A stretch of 64,000 bases of DNA from Polyangiales bacterium. Its GTDB lineage: Bacteria > Myxococcota_A > Polyangia > Polyangiales > Ga0077539. Below the pieces are notes generated by a model. That model was given only the letters and a program-made list of their open reading frames with translations, did no database searches and was not told the DNA's origin. The stretch lies in NCBI GenBank assembly GCA_046351515.1, contig JAXLYJ010000019.1, positions 80,452 to 144,451 of the forward strand, written 5' to 3'. Positions 9,173 through 18,618 of this stretch are shown here, piece by piece. Each line of letters begins with the position of its first letter. The stretch's first letter is position 1. The position numbers and the translations under genes are program-made.

Positions 9173-10903
9173 ATGCCGCCGTTCACGCTGCTTCGCCCGG
9201 TGGTCCCGTTCGTCGTCGCCTTGTGCGCCGCGCTGGCGCTCGTCGCGCTTCGCGCCCTGTGGCGGTGGCGCTCGGTTCCGTCGGGCGCGTGGCTCTTGCT
9301 CGACCTGCACGGGCCGATCACCGAGGTCCCCCGCGCGATCCCGCGGTGGCAGCGCTGGATCGGTCGAAGAGCGCCGCTCGCGCTCTCGGACATCCGTCGC
9401 GTCCTTCGCGTCGCCGCCAACGACCCTTCGCTGAGCGGGCTGCTCGTGCGCGTGCGCGAGCCCGAGCTCGGCTGGGCGACCGCTGAGAGCCTGCGCGACG
9501 CGATCGCGCTCGTGCGCGCGGCGAACAAGCGCACCGTCGCGTTTCTTCCCTTCGGAGGCGCGAACAAAGAGCTCTTGATCGCCTCAGCGTGCGCAGAGAT
9601 CTTCGCGACGCCGCCAGCCACGATCGGCCCCTTGGGCGTCTCGATCGGCTCGAACTTCTTTCGCTCCGCGCTCGGCAAGCTCGGGATTCACGTCGAGGTG
9701 CTCTCGCGCAAAGAGTTCAAGAGCGCCGCGGAGTCGTTCGCGCGCGACTCGATGTCCGAGCCGAACCGCGCGCAGACCGAAGCGCTCGCCGACGCGCTGA
9801 TCGACAGCGTCCAGCGCGCGCTCGTTCAATCACGACGCATGGACGCAGAGCGCGCTCGCGCCTTCATCGACAAGACGCCGGTGCGCGCGAGGCAAGCGCA
9901 CGAGCTCGGCGTGCTCGACGGAGCGATGTACGAAGACGAGCTGCTCGCCAAGCTGCGAGAGCCGAGCGCCGTGATGCCCTTCGCGCGGCTCGTCGACTTC
10001 GATCGCTACGCGAGCGCCCGCGCCCGCCCGCCCCGCGCGACGCGCGCTCGAAAGCGGGTCGCCATCGTCGAGGTCCGCGGGCCGATCGCCGTCGACGGCG
10101 GCCGCTCGACGCAGGACCGCGTCGCCGACGTCGCCCGCGTGACGGCCGCGATCCGAGCGTGCGCCGAGAGCAAGTCGGTCGGCGCCGTCGTCCTGCTCGT
10201 CGACTCGCCGGGAGGCAGCGCGCTCGCGAGCGATCTGATCGCGCGCGAGGTCGAGCGATTGCGCGACAAAAAGCCGGTCGTCGCGTACTTCGGCGACGTG
10301 GCCGCGTCGGGCGGCTACTACGTCGCAGCGCTCGCGCACCGCATCGTCGCGCAGCGCACGACCATCACAGGCTCGATCGGCGTCGTTGCGATGCGCGTCG
10401 TCGTCGAGAAGGCCGCCGACAAGCTCGGCGTCACCCACGAGAGCGTCGATCGAGGAGCGCACGCGAACCTGTACTCTCCCTATCGATCGTGGACCGAGGA
10501 CGAGCGCGCGACGCTCGATCAGTCGATCGACGAGGTCTACACGGACTTCGTTCGCATCGTCGCCAAGGGGCGCTCGATGAGCGAGCAGCAGGTCGAAGAG
10601 AGAGCGCGCGGCCGCGTGTACCCTGCGCAACAGGCGCTCGAGCTCGGGCTGATCGACGAGATCGGTGACCTCTCGGCGGCCATTCGCGCCGCGGCCGAGC
10701 GCGCGTCGATCGACCCAACCCTCCCCGCGATCCGCGTGGTGCGCGCCCCGACGGATCTTCCGCCGATCGCTCCGCCCGAGGCGAAGAGCACGCTCGCGAG
10801 CGCGCTCTTGCCCGAGGCCGCGCCGTGGCTCGCGCTCGCCCGCACGATCGAGCGAGAGACCGTGCTGCTCGTCGACGAGCGCGTGCTAGGAGCGAAGCTG
10901 TGA
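9173..10903 (+). CDS. sppA: signal peptide peptidase SppA (S49 family, 67K type)
   Basis: N-terminal TM segment PVVPFVVALCAALALVAL. S49 blocks VDSPGGSALASD and GDVAASGGYYVA. 576 aa. Confidence 0.85.
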   Translation: MPPFTLLRPVVPFVVALCAALALVALRALWRWRSVPSGAWLLLDLHGPITEVPRAIPRWQRWIGRRAPLALSDIRRVLRVAANDPSLSGLLVRVREPELGWATAESLRDAIALVRAANKRTVAFLPFGGANKELLIASACAEIFATPPATIGPLGVSIGSNFFRSALGKLGIHVEVLSRKEFKSAAESFARDSMSEPNRAQTEALADALIDSVQRALVQSRRMDAERARAFIDKTPVRARQAHELGVLDGAMYEDELLAKLREPSAVMPFARLVDFDRYASARARPPRATRARKRVAIVEVRGPIAVDGGRSTQDRVADVARVTAAIRACAESKSVGAVVLLVDSPGGSALASDLIAREVERLRDKKPVVAYFGDVAASGGYYVAALAHRIVAQRTTITGSIGVVAMRVVVEKAADKLGVTHESVDRGAHANLYSPYRSWTEDERATLDQSIDEVYTDFVRIVAKGRSMSEQQVEERARGRVYPAQQALELGLIDEIGDLSAAIRAAAERASIDPTLPAIRVVRAPTDLPPIAPPEAKSTLASALLPEAAPWLALARTIERETVLLVDERVLGAKL

Positions 10904-12072
10904 CTCGATTGCGTTGGCTCACCGCGGGCGAATCGCACGGCCCGGCGCTCACCGTGATCATCGAGGGAGTGCCCGCGGGACTTTCGCTCAGCGAAGAGCA
11001 GATCGCGAGCGAGCTGGCCCGCCGCCAGAAGGGCTACGGCCGCGGCGGTCGAATGAAGATCGAGCAGGACCGCGCGGTGATCGAAGCGGGCGTGCGCAAC
11101 GGCGAGACCTTGGGCTCTCCGATCACGCTGCGCATCGAGAACCGTGATTTCGCAAACTGGCGCGGACGCATGGGGGCCGAGCGATTCGAGAGCGAGCCCG
11201 AGCCCGTCACGCTTCCTCGCCCCGGGCACGCCGACCTCGCCGGCGCACTCAAGTACGACCGACGCGACGCGCGGGACATCCTCGAGCGCGCGAGCGCGAG
11301 AGAGACCGCCGCGCGCACCGCCGCGGGAGCGGTCGCAAAGGCCCTGCTCGCGCAGTGCGGGATCGAGCTGTGCTCGCGCGTGCGCTCGATCGCAGGGCTG
11401 CGTGACGAGCGCGAGTGCTCGGTCGACGCGGTCTTCGAGCAGCGCGCGACGATCGAGGCGAGCTCGCTTCGCGTGCTCTCGAGCGAGTGCGAGGCGCGAA
11501 TGCGAGAGAAAATCCTCGCCCTCGCGCACGAAGGCGACACCGCCGGCGGCGTGGTCGAAGTGCTCGCGCGCGGCGTGCTCGCGGGCCTCGGGAGCCACAC
11601 GCAGTGGGACCGCAGGCTCGATGGACGCATCGCGCAGGCCATGATGAGCGTGCAAGCGATCAAGGCCGTCGAGATCGGCGACGGCTGGGCGGGCGCCGAT
11701 CGCCCCGGAAGCGCGGTGCACGACCCGATCGCCTACGACGCCTCGACGCAGCGCTTCGCGCGCGCCACCAACCACGCCGGCGGAATCGAAGGCGGCATCT
11801 CCAACGGCGAGCCCATCGTGGTTCGCGCCGCGATGAAGCCCATCGCCACACTGAAGAGCGCCCTGCCGAGCGCGGACCTTCGAACCAAGGCTCACGCCGC
11901 CGCAGCGCACGAGCGCTCGGACGTGTGCGCGGTGCCCGCGGCGGCCGTCGTTCTCGAAGCGATGCTCGCGCTCGTGCTCGCCGACTGCGTGCTCGAGAAG
12001 CACGGCGCAGACTCAATGCGCGAGCTCGTTCGCACCGTTCGGTCGTGGCGCGAGCAGCTGCAACACTACTGA
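10900..12072 (+). CDS. aroC: chorismate synthase
   Basis: GTG 10900 overlaps the sppA stop (GTGA). VTRLRWLTAGESHGPALTVIIEGVPAG and RRQKGYGRGGRMKIE signatures. 390 aa. Confidence 0.9.
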   Translation: MTRLRWLTAGESHGPALTVIIEGVPAGLSLSEEQIASELARRQKGYGRGGRMKIEQDRAVIEAGVRNGETLGSPITLRIENRDFANWRGRMGAERFESEPEPVTLPRPGHADLAGALKYDRRDARDILERASARETAARTAAGAVAKALLAQCGIELCSRVRSIAGLRDERECSVDAVFEQRATIEASSLRVLSSECEARMREKILALAHEGDTAGGVVEVLARGVLAGLGSHTQWDRRLDGRIAQAMMSVQAIKAVEIGDGWAGADRPGSAVHDPIAYDASTQRFARATNHAGGIEGGISNGEPIVVRAAMKPIATLKSALPSADLRTKAHAAAAHERSDVCAVPAAAVVLEAMLALVLADCVLEKHGADSMRELVRTVRSWREQLQHY

Positions 12073-12079
12073 CCCGGCC

Positions 12080-13684
12080 ATGCACTCGACTGACGCATCC
12101 GACCCGCGCCCGATCTTGCTCTGGGGCCCGCCCGCCGCAGGCAAGAGCACGCTCTCTCGCGCCCTCGCCCGCGCCCTCGATCGACGGCGCTTCGACACCG
12201 ACGACGAGATCGCGCGAGGCCAGCGAGCGACGGTGCGCGAGGTGTTCTTGCGAGAGCGAGAGTGGGGATTTCGCCGCATCGAAGCCGCGGTCGTTCGCTC
12301 GATGCTCGAGGCGCGCGACGGGCGCGTCGTCTCGCTCGGCGGCGGCGCGCTGCTCGACCCTGCGCTGAGAAGAGAGGCGCTCGATCGCGCGATCGTCCTG
12401 TGCGTGACCGCTCCGGCGCGAGTGCTCTACGAGCGCGTCGCGCGCGCGCCCGACGAGCGGCCGCTGCTGCAAGGGGGCGACGAGTCTCGCGTCGCGGCGC
12501 TGCTCGCCCAGCGAGCGGAGTGCTACCTCGAAGCACACGAAATCATCGACGCGAGCGGCGACGAACAGAGCGTCCTTCGCGCGGCGCTGGCAGCGATCGA
12601 AGCGTGCGCCCGAGAGCGCGTCGTGCCCGTCGCGCTCGGAGCGCGCACCTATCGCGTGCGATTCGCGCCGATCGAGACGCTCGCCGATGGCGTCGCCGCG
12701 CTCTCGCCGCGGGTCTCGAGCGCGCTCTGCGTCACCGACGCCAACGCGCGCGAGGCGCCCGGCGTGCGCGCGACGCTCAGCGCGCTCAGCGACGACGAGC
12801 CGGTGGTGTTCGACGGCGTAGGCGATCGCGAGAAGAACTTGTCCGCGGCGAGTCGCGTGTGGGATCGCGGGATCGACCTCGCGTTGGATCGACGGGGCGT
12901 GCTCTGTTCGATCGGCGGCGGAGTGGTCTCGGACATCACGGGCTTCGCCGCGGCGACGCTCCTTCGCGGCGTGCGCTTCGTGTCCGCGCCGACGACGGTC
13001 CTCGCGATGGCCGACGCTTCGGTCGGCGGAAAAACCGGCGTCGATCACCCCCGCGCCAAGAACCTCATCGGCGCCATCCACCAGCCGTCGCTCGTGGTGT
13101 GCGACACGCGCACGCTCGAGACGCTCTCGCTGCGCGAGCGACGCTCGGGCATCGCTGAGATCGCCAAGATCGCCGCGATCGCGGACGGCGCGCTCTTCGA
13201 GAGCGTCGAGCGCCGAGCGAGCGCGCTCCGTGACGGAGACCTCCTCGCCATCGACGCGGTGATCGCCGACGCCGTGCGCGCCAAGGCGCGGATCGTCGCA
13301 GCGGACGAGCGCGAAGAAGCGGCGCGAGTGAGCCTCAATTTTGGGCACACGCTCGGGCACGCGATCGAGCACGCCGTGGACTTCGCCCTCGCGCACGGCG
13401 AGTGCGTCGCGCTCGGGATGCGCGCGGCGGCGCGGCTCGCGACGAGCGAGGGCCACGACCCCATGATCGAGCAGCGGATCACCGCGCTGCTCGACGCGCT
13501 CGGCTTCGATCGTCGGTGCCCGTTGCCGCTCGACCGGGCGAAGGTCGAGGCCGCGCTCGCCCGAGACAAGAAGCGAGATCGCGAGGGAATTCGCTGGGTC
13601 TTCTGCGATTCGATCGGCTCGTTCGTCACGCGCACGCTCCCGTTCGAGCGCGCCATCGACGCGCTCGCGACCATCGCGCCGTAG
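12080..13684 (+). CDS. aroB: bifunctional shikimate kinase / 3-dehydroquinate synthase (AroK-AroB fusion)
   Basis: N-terminal P-loop ILLWGPPAAGKSTL plus DTDDEI (AroK). C-terminal GGGVVSDITGFAAATLLRGVRFVSAPTT, DASVGGKTGVD, NFGHTLGHAIE and HGECVALGM (AroB). One uninterrupted 534-aa frame. Confidence 0.9.
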   Translation: MHSTDASDPRPILLWGPPAAGKSTLSRALARALDRRRFDTDDEIARGQRATVREVFLREREWGFRRIEAAVVRSMLEARDGRVVSLGGGALLDPALRREALDRAIVLCVTAPARVLYERVARAPDERPLLQGGDESRVAALLAQRAECYLEAHEIIDASGDEQSVLRAALAAIEACARERVVPVALGARTYRVRFAPIETLADGVAALSPRVSSALCVTDANAREAPGVRATLSALSDDEPVVFDGVGDREKNLSAASRVWDRGIDLALDRRGVLCSIGGGVVSDITGFAAATLLRGVRFVSAPTTVLAMADASVGGKTGVDHPRAKNLIGAIHQPSLVVCDTRTLETLSLRERRSGIAEIAKIAAIADGALFESVERRASALRDGDLLAIDAVIADAVRAKARIVAADEREEAARVSLNFGHTLGHAIEHAVDFALAHGECVALGMRAAARLATSEGHDPMIEQRITALLDALGFDRRCPLPLDRAKVEAALARDKKRDREGIRWVFCDSIGSFVTRTLPFERAIDALATIAP

Positions 13685-13836
13685 CGCGGCCCCGAACGCT
13701 GGCGCGGCGCTGATGTCGGCGCGACGGGGGCGACCAGCGACGCTGTTCTGTCGACTCGGGTGGTGATCGAGAGAGACGGCGTGGTCGAATGCTCGAAATT
13801 CGCCGAGCGCGCCGCGGTGCGCGTACCATTCGAACC

Positions 13837-14679
13837 ATGACCCCTTCGTCGAGCAGTGCATTGGTCCGCGCGTTGGTCGCAGCGAGCGCTGTGTTGGTCG
13901 CTGGTTGTGCGGACAACTCAGCGAGCGTGCAGATTCGACACTTGATCGCGCCGCAAGCGAACCCGTCGCTGCCCGGCGCCTGCTCGTTGAGCAACGATCC
14001 GGGGTCGCCCAAGCTGCTCGCGAGCGTGCTCGACGTGGCGCTGCGCGACAACTACATCGTGTTTCCGCTGATTCAGAACAACCTGTTCGCGAATCGATCG
14101 GGTGAGCTCAACCGCCCCGACCAACGCGCGATCATGGGTCAGTACGTCGACGTCGAGCTCACGACGCTGAGCGGCGCGCTGCTCTCGCTCGGGACCGCGC
14201 CTTCGACCTACCGCGTCCCGATGAACAGCGACGTGATCCCCGCAGGAATCACGTCGGCGCCGGGCTTCGGCGTGGTCGAGGTCAGCGCGATTCCGGGCCC
14301 GCAGGGGCAGGCGTTGCGCGAGCGCCTGGGATGCACGGGATTCGCGACGGGAGTCGCGCCGCCCGCAGCCTTTTGCTCGAACGCGAGCGAGACCATTCAG
14401 GTCACGCTTCGCCCGACGTTTCGCACCGTGGGCGGCGTCGAGCTGACCTCCGCGGTCGGAGCCGTGTGGAAGAACGTCGCGCCGTACACGTTTCCGCTCA
14501 CCATCTGCTGCGGCTGCTTGCTGAGCATCCCGTCCGGCTACACGCCTGCGTGCCAGCCCGCGACGATGATGGCGACCACGCCGGCGACGACGACGGGCTA
14601 CTGCCTCGCGGGGCAGGACCTGCCTCTCGCGTGCACGCAGTGCGGCGGCGCCGCGCAGTGCTCGCGCAGCGGCTGCTGA
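13837..14679 (+). CDS. hypothetical lipoprotein (Cys-rich C-terminus)
   Basis: ATG 13837 inside ORF 13789..14679. MTPSSSSALVRALVAASAVLVAGC carries a lipobox. C-terminal LTICCGCLL...CTQCGGAAQCSRSGC. Confidence 0.6.
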   Translation: MTPSSSSALVRALVAASAVLVAGCADNSASVQIRHLIAPQANPSLPGACSLSNDPGSPKLLASVLDVALRDNYIVFPLIQNNLFANRSGELNRPDQRAIMGQYVDVELTTLSGALLSLGTAPSTYRVPMNSDVIPAGITSAPGFGVVEVSAIPGPQGQALRERLGCTGFATGVAPPAAFCSNASETIQVTLRPTFRTVGGVELTSAVGAVWKNVAPYTFPLTICCGCLLSIPSGYTPACQPATMMATTPATTTGYCLAGQDLPLACTQCGGAAQCSRSGC

Positions 14680-14682
14680 TCG

Positions 14683-15468
14683 CTACACCGAGCGCTCGCG
14701 CAAGCGCTCGTAGCCGGTCTTGAGTCGAACGAACCGCAACGACGCGAGGGGATCGTCGGGGCGACGATCGGGATGAACCGCGAAGGCGACCTGTCGCCAC
14801 GCTTCTTCGAGCGCCCTTCGACGCACGGGCCAGTCGATTCCGGCCTCGTCCAAGAACGCGCGCTCGTCGTCGTCCAGGTCGTCGCTCGACGCCACGGAGG
14901 GCCTTCCGTCGCCGAACACCTCCGAGGGATCGATGCGATCAGAGCCGCTGCCTCGTTTGCGTGGCGGTTCGCTGGTGAAATCGCTGGGCGGCGGCGGGAC
15001 GTCGAGCAGCACTCCGCGCTCGTGCGCCTGCGATCGCAGCTCGTCGAGCACGTCCTCGTACACAGCCTCGCGCGTGCCCATCCTGAGCGCGAGCGCATAG
15101 ACGCTGCTGCGCGCCACCAGATCGAGCAGTTGAACAAACGCGCGCAGCGCGTCCGGTCCGTGGTGGTCGTCTTCGAGCAGCGTCGAGAGGTCGAAGTCTG
15201 TCGCCGCCGTGATGATCCCCGCGGCGCTCAGGGCCTCGTCGCGCTCGTCTGCGAAGACCGTGAGCACGCCTCGGCCCGCGTCGACCTTCGCGATCAGCGC
15301 GAGCAGCGCGTCGGTCTCGCCGCGCAGTGAGAGCAGCGCGTCGCGCGCGCTCTCGCGAAGAGGAGCCCACTCTTCGGGCCAGCCCGCGCGATCGCACTCG
15401 AACACGAGCGTCGCGAGCGCTCGAACCGAGGCCGTCGCGACGATCTGCGCCTTGAACTTTCGAATCAC
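14683..15468 (-). CDS. C-terminal J-domain (DnaJ-like) protein
   Basis: GTG 15468 inside ORF 14683..15678. The region further upstream would collide with the preceding gene and is Arg-rich. The C-terminal block ALEEAWRQVAFAVHPDRRPDDPLASLRFVRLKTGYERLRE carries the HPD tripeptide. Confidence 0.6.
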   Translation of the reverse strand: MIRKFKAQIVATASVRALATLVFECDRAGWPEEWAPLRESARDALLSLRGETDALLALIAKVDAGRGVLTVFADERDEALSAAGIITAATDFDLSTLLEDDHHGPDALRAFVQLLDLVARSSVYALALRMGTREAVYEDVLDELRSQAHERGVLLDVPPPPSDFTSEPPRKRGSGSDRIDPSEVFGDGRPSVASSDDLDDDERAFLDEAGIDWPVRRRALEEAWRQVAFAVHPDRRPDDPLASLRFVRLKTGYERLRERSV

Positions 15469-15523
15469 CGCCCCGAGTGTAGTGCCCCTCGCCCGTCGAT
15501 CGCGCGCTGTTTTCGCGGCGCGA

Positions 15524-16783
15524 TCAGCGAGAGAACACCATGTGCTGCACTTGACCAGCGCTGCCCGAGTCGATGAACAGGTCGAAGCCCGTCGGACGCA
15601 CGGAGTATTGACCCGCGCCAGGGCCCGCCATGCCGCCGTCGCTGCACGTGGGCGTGAGGCGAATGAGCGTCCCGCCACTGGTGTAGTTGAAGTTGGCGCG
15701 CACGACCGTCGGGCTGCCCGGGGCCACCACGACGAACTGCATCGATCCGCGGGTCACTTGCACGGCGTAGCGCACGCCTCCCGGGCCGATCGAGCTGCCG
15801 TTGTACGAGATGAGATCGCGAAGGGTGTAGTAGCCGTCGGCGATCGTTCCGCCCGTGGCGGCGGGCGGAACGCCCATCACCGAGCGCGGGATGACGGTGA
15901 ACGCCGAGGGCGCCACGCTGTTGCACACTGGCGGAGGACCACCCGCGTCGATGCAGCCGGGCGCTCCGCTCGGCGTGCACTGCAGGCCCATCGCAGTGCA
16001 GCAGCACGAGAGGCATCCGTTCGCGAAGCACGCGCCCACCGGAACGGGCGCGCCGCCCGGATCCACGCACACGCTCGCGTCCGCAAAGCACCCAGGGTTG
16101 CTCGCGCACGAGGTCGTCCCGTCGGGACGACACACGCAGCTCGTGCAGCGATCGCGAGACGTCCACGTGGTGCCAACAGCGAACGCGGTTCCGTCCGGAG
16201 CGCGGCACACCGTCGGCCCTCCCGCGTCGAAGCATCGCGGATCTCTGCTCGGCGCGCACGCCGCCGGACCTCCCGGCATCGGGCACGTGCACGCGAGGCA
16301 GAAATCGCGGCTCAGAACGCGCGCCCCCAGCGGCACCGGCGTCCCGTCGGGAGCGAAGCACACCGGCGGCGGCGGCCCCGCGTCGAAGCAATCGCTGCGA
16401 CGCGCGCACGAGAGCGAGGCGCTCATGTCACAGAAGCACTCCGTGCATCCATCGGGCGAACGCCAGCTCGCGCCGACTTCGACCGGCGTTCCATCGGGCG
16501 CCGAGCACATCGGCGGCGGCGGAACGACCACGTCTTCGGGACACGCGCGCGCCGTGCACGCGAGCAATCCCCCCGGGCCGCACGAACACGTGTTGCACCC
16601 GTCGAAGAAGCTCTCGCCCACCGCCAGCACTCGTCCGCCGGGCAACACACAGCCGCCGCCGTCCGGCAACGTCGCGTCCGGTCGCGACTCTCCGCCGTCC
16701 CCTGGACGCACGTAGGCGCCGCACGCCGTTAGCAGCCACGCCGCCATCACCACGATCCACGTTGCTCTGCCGCCGTGTCTCAT
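15524..16783 (-). CDS. lipoprotein with five tandem VWC-like (CxxCxC) cysteine-rich repeats
   Basis: MRHGGRATWIVVMAAWLLTAC lipobox. Five ~45-aa repeats of C-x5-7-G-x5-G-x2-[WF]-x3-5-C-x2-C-x-C-x6-8-C-x4-6-C. C-terminal ~130-aa beta-rich domain. Confidence 0.7.
   Translation of the reverse strand: MRHGGRATWIVVMAAWLLTACGAYVRPGDGGESRPDATLPDGGGCVLPGGRVLAVGESFFDGCNTCSCGPGGLLACTARACPEDVVVPPPPMCSAPDGTPVEVGASWRSPDGCTECFCDMSASLSCARRSDCFDAGPPPPVCFAPDGTPVPLGARVLSRDFCLACTCPMPGGPAACAPSRDPRCFDAGGPTVCRAPDGTAFAVGTTWTSRDRCTSCVCRPDGTTSCASNPGCFADASVCVDPGGAPVPVGACFANGCLSCCCTAMGLQCTPSGAPGCIDAGGPPPVCNSVAPSAFTVIPRSVMGVPPAATGGTIADGYYTLRDLISYNGSSIGPGGVRYAVQVTRGSMQFVVVAPGSPTVVRANFNYTSGGTLIRLTPTCSDGGMAGPGAGQYSVRPTGFDLFIDSGSAGQVQHMVFSR
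15946..16657 (-). repeat. five tandem in-frame Cys-rich coding repeats
   Basis: The peptide repeats start at CVLPGGRVLAVGESFFDGCNTCSC, CSAPDGTPVEVGASWRSPDGCTECFC, CFAPDGTPVPLGARVLSRDFCLACTC, CRAPDGTAFAVGTTWTSRDRCTSCVC and CVDPGGAPVPVGACFANGCLSCCC. Confidence 0.7.
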
Positions 16784-16957
16784 CGCTCACTCTCCAATCG
16801 AAGTCGAAAGCATCGCTCAGCACGTTCCGAGCCGGGCTCGTGAAGTGTCGCACATCCAAGATCACCCGGCGAATTCTGCGATGACTCGTGGTCAGTAAAG
16901 ATTCCCCCCTGACGTCCCCTCCCCGACCGAGGCACGTCGTGGCACAACCCCCGCCGA

Positions 16958-17398
16958 ATGAGCGAGATCCGCAACGAACCTGGCCGCACGCCCTTCGACC
17001 TTCTGGGCGGCAAGGACGCGGTCAAAGCACTCGTCGAGCACTTCTACGACGCGATGGAAGCGCACGAGCCCAAGCTCGCCGCCCTGCATCGACTCGACGA
17101 GAACAACAAGGTCGCCCGCGAGGCGCGCGATCGCTTCGCGCTGTTTCTCATCGGCTGGCTCGGCGGCCCGCAGGACTACATGGTGCTTCACGGGCATCCG
17201 CGGCTGCGCATGCGACACGCGCGCGTGCCGGTGGACTCGACGATGCGCGACGCGTGGACGCGCTCGATGAAGCTCGCGATGGACGCAGCGAAGATCGACG
17301 GGCCCGTGCGCGCGTTTCTCGAGACGCGCTTCGCCGAGCTCGCGGACTTTCTTCGCAACACGCCGGACGGCGCGGCATCGGGTGACGGGCGCTCGTGA
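16958..17398 (+). CDS. truncated (2/2) haemoglobin, group II-like
   Basis: 146 aa. TPFDLLGGKDAVKALVEHFYDAM opening, and later a HPRLRMRHARVPV block typical of YjbI/trHbO-type globins. Confidence 0.75.
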   Translation: MSEIRNEPGRTPFDLLGGKDAVKALVEHFYDAMEAHEPKLAALHRLDENNKVAREARDRFALFLIGWLGGPQDYMVLHGHPRLRMRHARVPVDSTMRDAWTRSMKLAMDAAKIDGPVRAFLETRFAELADFLRNTPDGAASGDGRS

Positions 17399-18618
17399 AG
17401 TCCTCTCCGCTGTTCGCGATCTTTCTCGTCGTCCTGGTCGACGTGTTCGGGATGACGCTGGTGATCCCGCTGCTGGCGCCGTACGCCGAGCGGTTTCACG
17501 CGACGCCCGTGCAGGCGACGATGCTCGTGAGCGTGTACGCAGCGTTCATGCTGATCGCGGGGCCCGTGCTCGGCGCGCTCAGCGACCGCTACGGACGCAA
17601 GCGCCTGCTCGTGCTCTCTCAGCTCGGAACGCTCGTCGGCTTCATCCTCCTCGCCCGCGCCCACACGCTCTGGATGCTCTTCGTCGCGCGCGCCATCGAC
17701 GGCGCGACCGCGGGCAACCTCTCGCTTGCGCAAGCGTACGTGAGCGATCGAACCAAGCCCGAAGAGCGCACGAAGTCCTTCGCGATCGTGGGCATCGCGT
17801 TCGGCATCGGTTTCTTCATCGGCCCTTGGGTCACAGGCTCGCTGATCAGCTACGGCTACTCGGCGCCGATCTGGCTCGCCGCGGGCCTGTCGCTCACGAG
17901 CATCGTGTGCACGCTGGCGTTGCTCGAAGGGGGACCGCCGCCGCAGAAGCAGGAGCCGGGCGATGAAGGGCCGGCGGGGAGACGGCTCTCGGTGCTGTCG
18001 TGGAGCGCGTACGCCCCGTATTTTCAGCGGCCGATCCTGCGCGGCGTGCTCATCGAGCACTTTTTGTATTCGACGGCGTTCACGTGCTTCACCTCGGGCT
18101 TCTCGCTCTTCGCCGAGCGAACGTACCGGCACAACGGGCAGTTCTTCACGCCGCGCGAGGTGGGCTACGCCTTCGCGTACGCGGGGTTTCTCGGGATCGT
18201 TTTGCAAGGCGGACTGCTGGGTCGACTCGCGAAGCGCCACGGCGAAGGACGGCTCGTGCGCGCGGCGTTCACGGCGAACGTGCTCGGGTACGCGGTGCTC
18301 ACGCTCGCGCCGACGATCCCCGGGCTGATCGCGGCGACGACGATCACGGCCTTTGGAAACGGCGCGATTCGACCGAGCTTGACCGGCCTCGCGAGCCAGC
18401 AAGCGGCGCCGCACGAGCAGGGGACGGTGCTCGGGCTCGTTCAGTCGCTGAGCTCGCTCGCGTCGATCATCGCGCCCATCGTGAGCGGGACGCTCATCGA
18501 GCGGCGGTGGATGCTCGCGTGGCCCGCGCTTCCTGCGGTGCTCGCGCTCGTCGCGCTCGCCGTCGGAACGCGCGGGTCCGCCAAGACCATCGCGACGTTC
18601 GAGCCGCAGTCACGGTAG
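17395..18618 (+). CDS. MFS transporter (Tet/TCR-like, 12 TM)
   Basis: GTG 17395 overlaps the globin stop (GTGA). MFS motif A GALSDRYGRKRLL. Hydrophobic helices run throughout the 407 aa. Confidence 0.85.
   Translation: MKSSPLFAIFLVVLVDVFGMTLVIPLLAPYAERFHATPVQATMLVSVYAAFMLIAGPVLGALSDRYGRKRLLVLSQLGTLVGFILLARAHTLWMLFVARAIDGATAGNLSLAQAYVSDRTKPEERTKSFAIVGIAFGIGFFIGPWVTGSLISYGYSAPIWLAAGLSLTSIVCTLALLEGGPPPQKQEPGDEGPAGRRLSVLSWSAYAPYFQRPILRGVLIEHFLYSTAFTCFTSGFSLFAERTYRHNGQFFTPREVGYAFAYAGFLGIVLQGGLLGRLAKRHGEGRLVRAAFTANVLGYAVLTLAPTIPGLIAATTITAFGNGAIRPSLTGLASQQAAPHEQGTVLGLVQSLSSLASIIAPIVSGTLIERRWMLAWPALPAVLALVALAVGTRGSAKTIATFEPQSR

Noticed and set aside
16940-16954. A sigma-54-like promoter, TGGCAC-aacccc-CGC (GG-N10-GC), upstream of the globin gene. 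Weaker candidates lie in the activator's divergent region, for example 52031-52046 read on the minus strand (TGGCGGgagcgTTCGC).
   Set aside because: The first lies only 3 nt from the ATG, so the predicted TSS would fall inside the coding sequence. The others have GG-N11-GC spacing and poor -12 elements.
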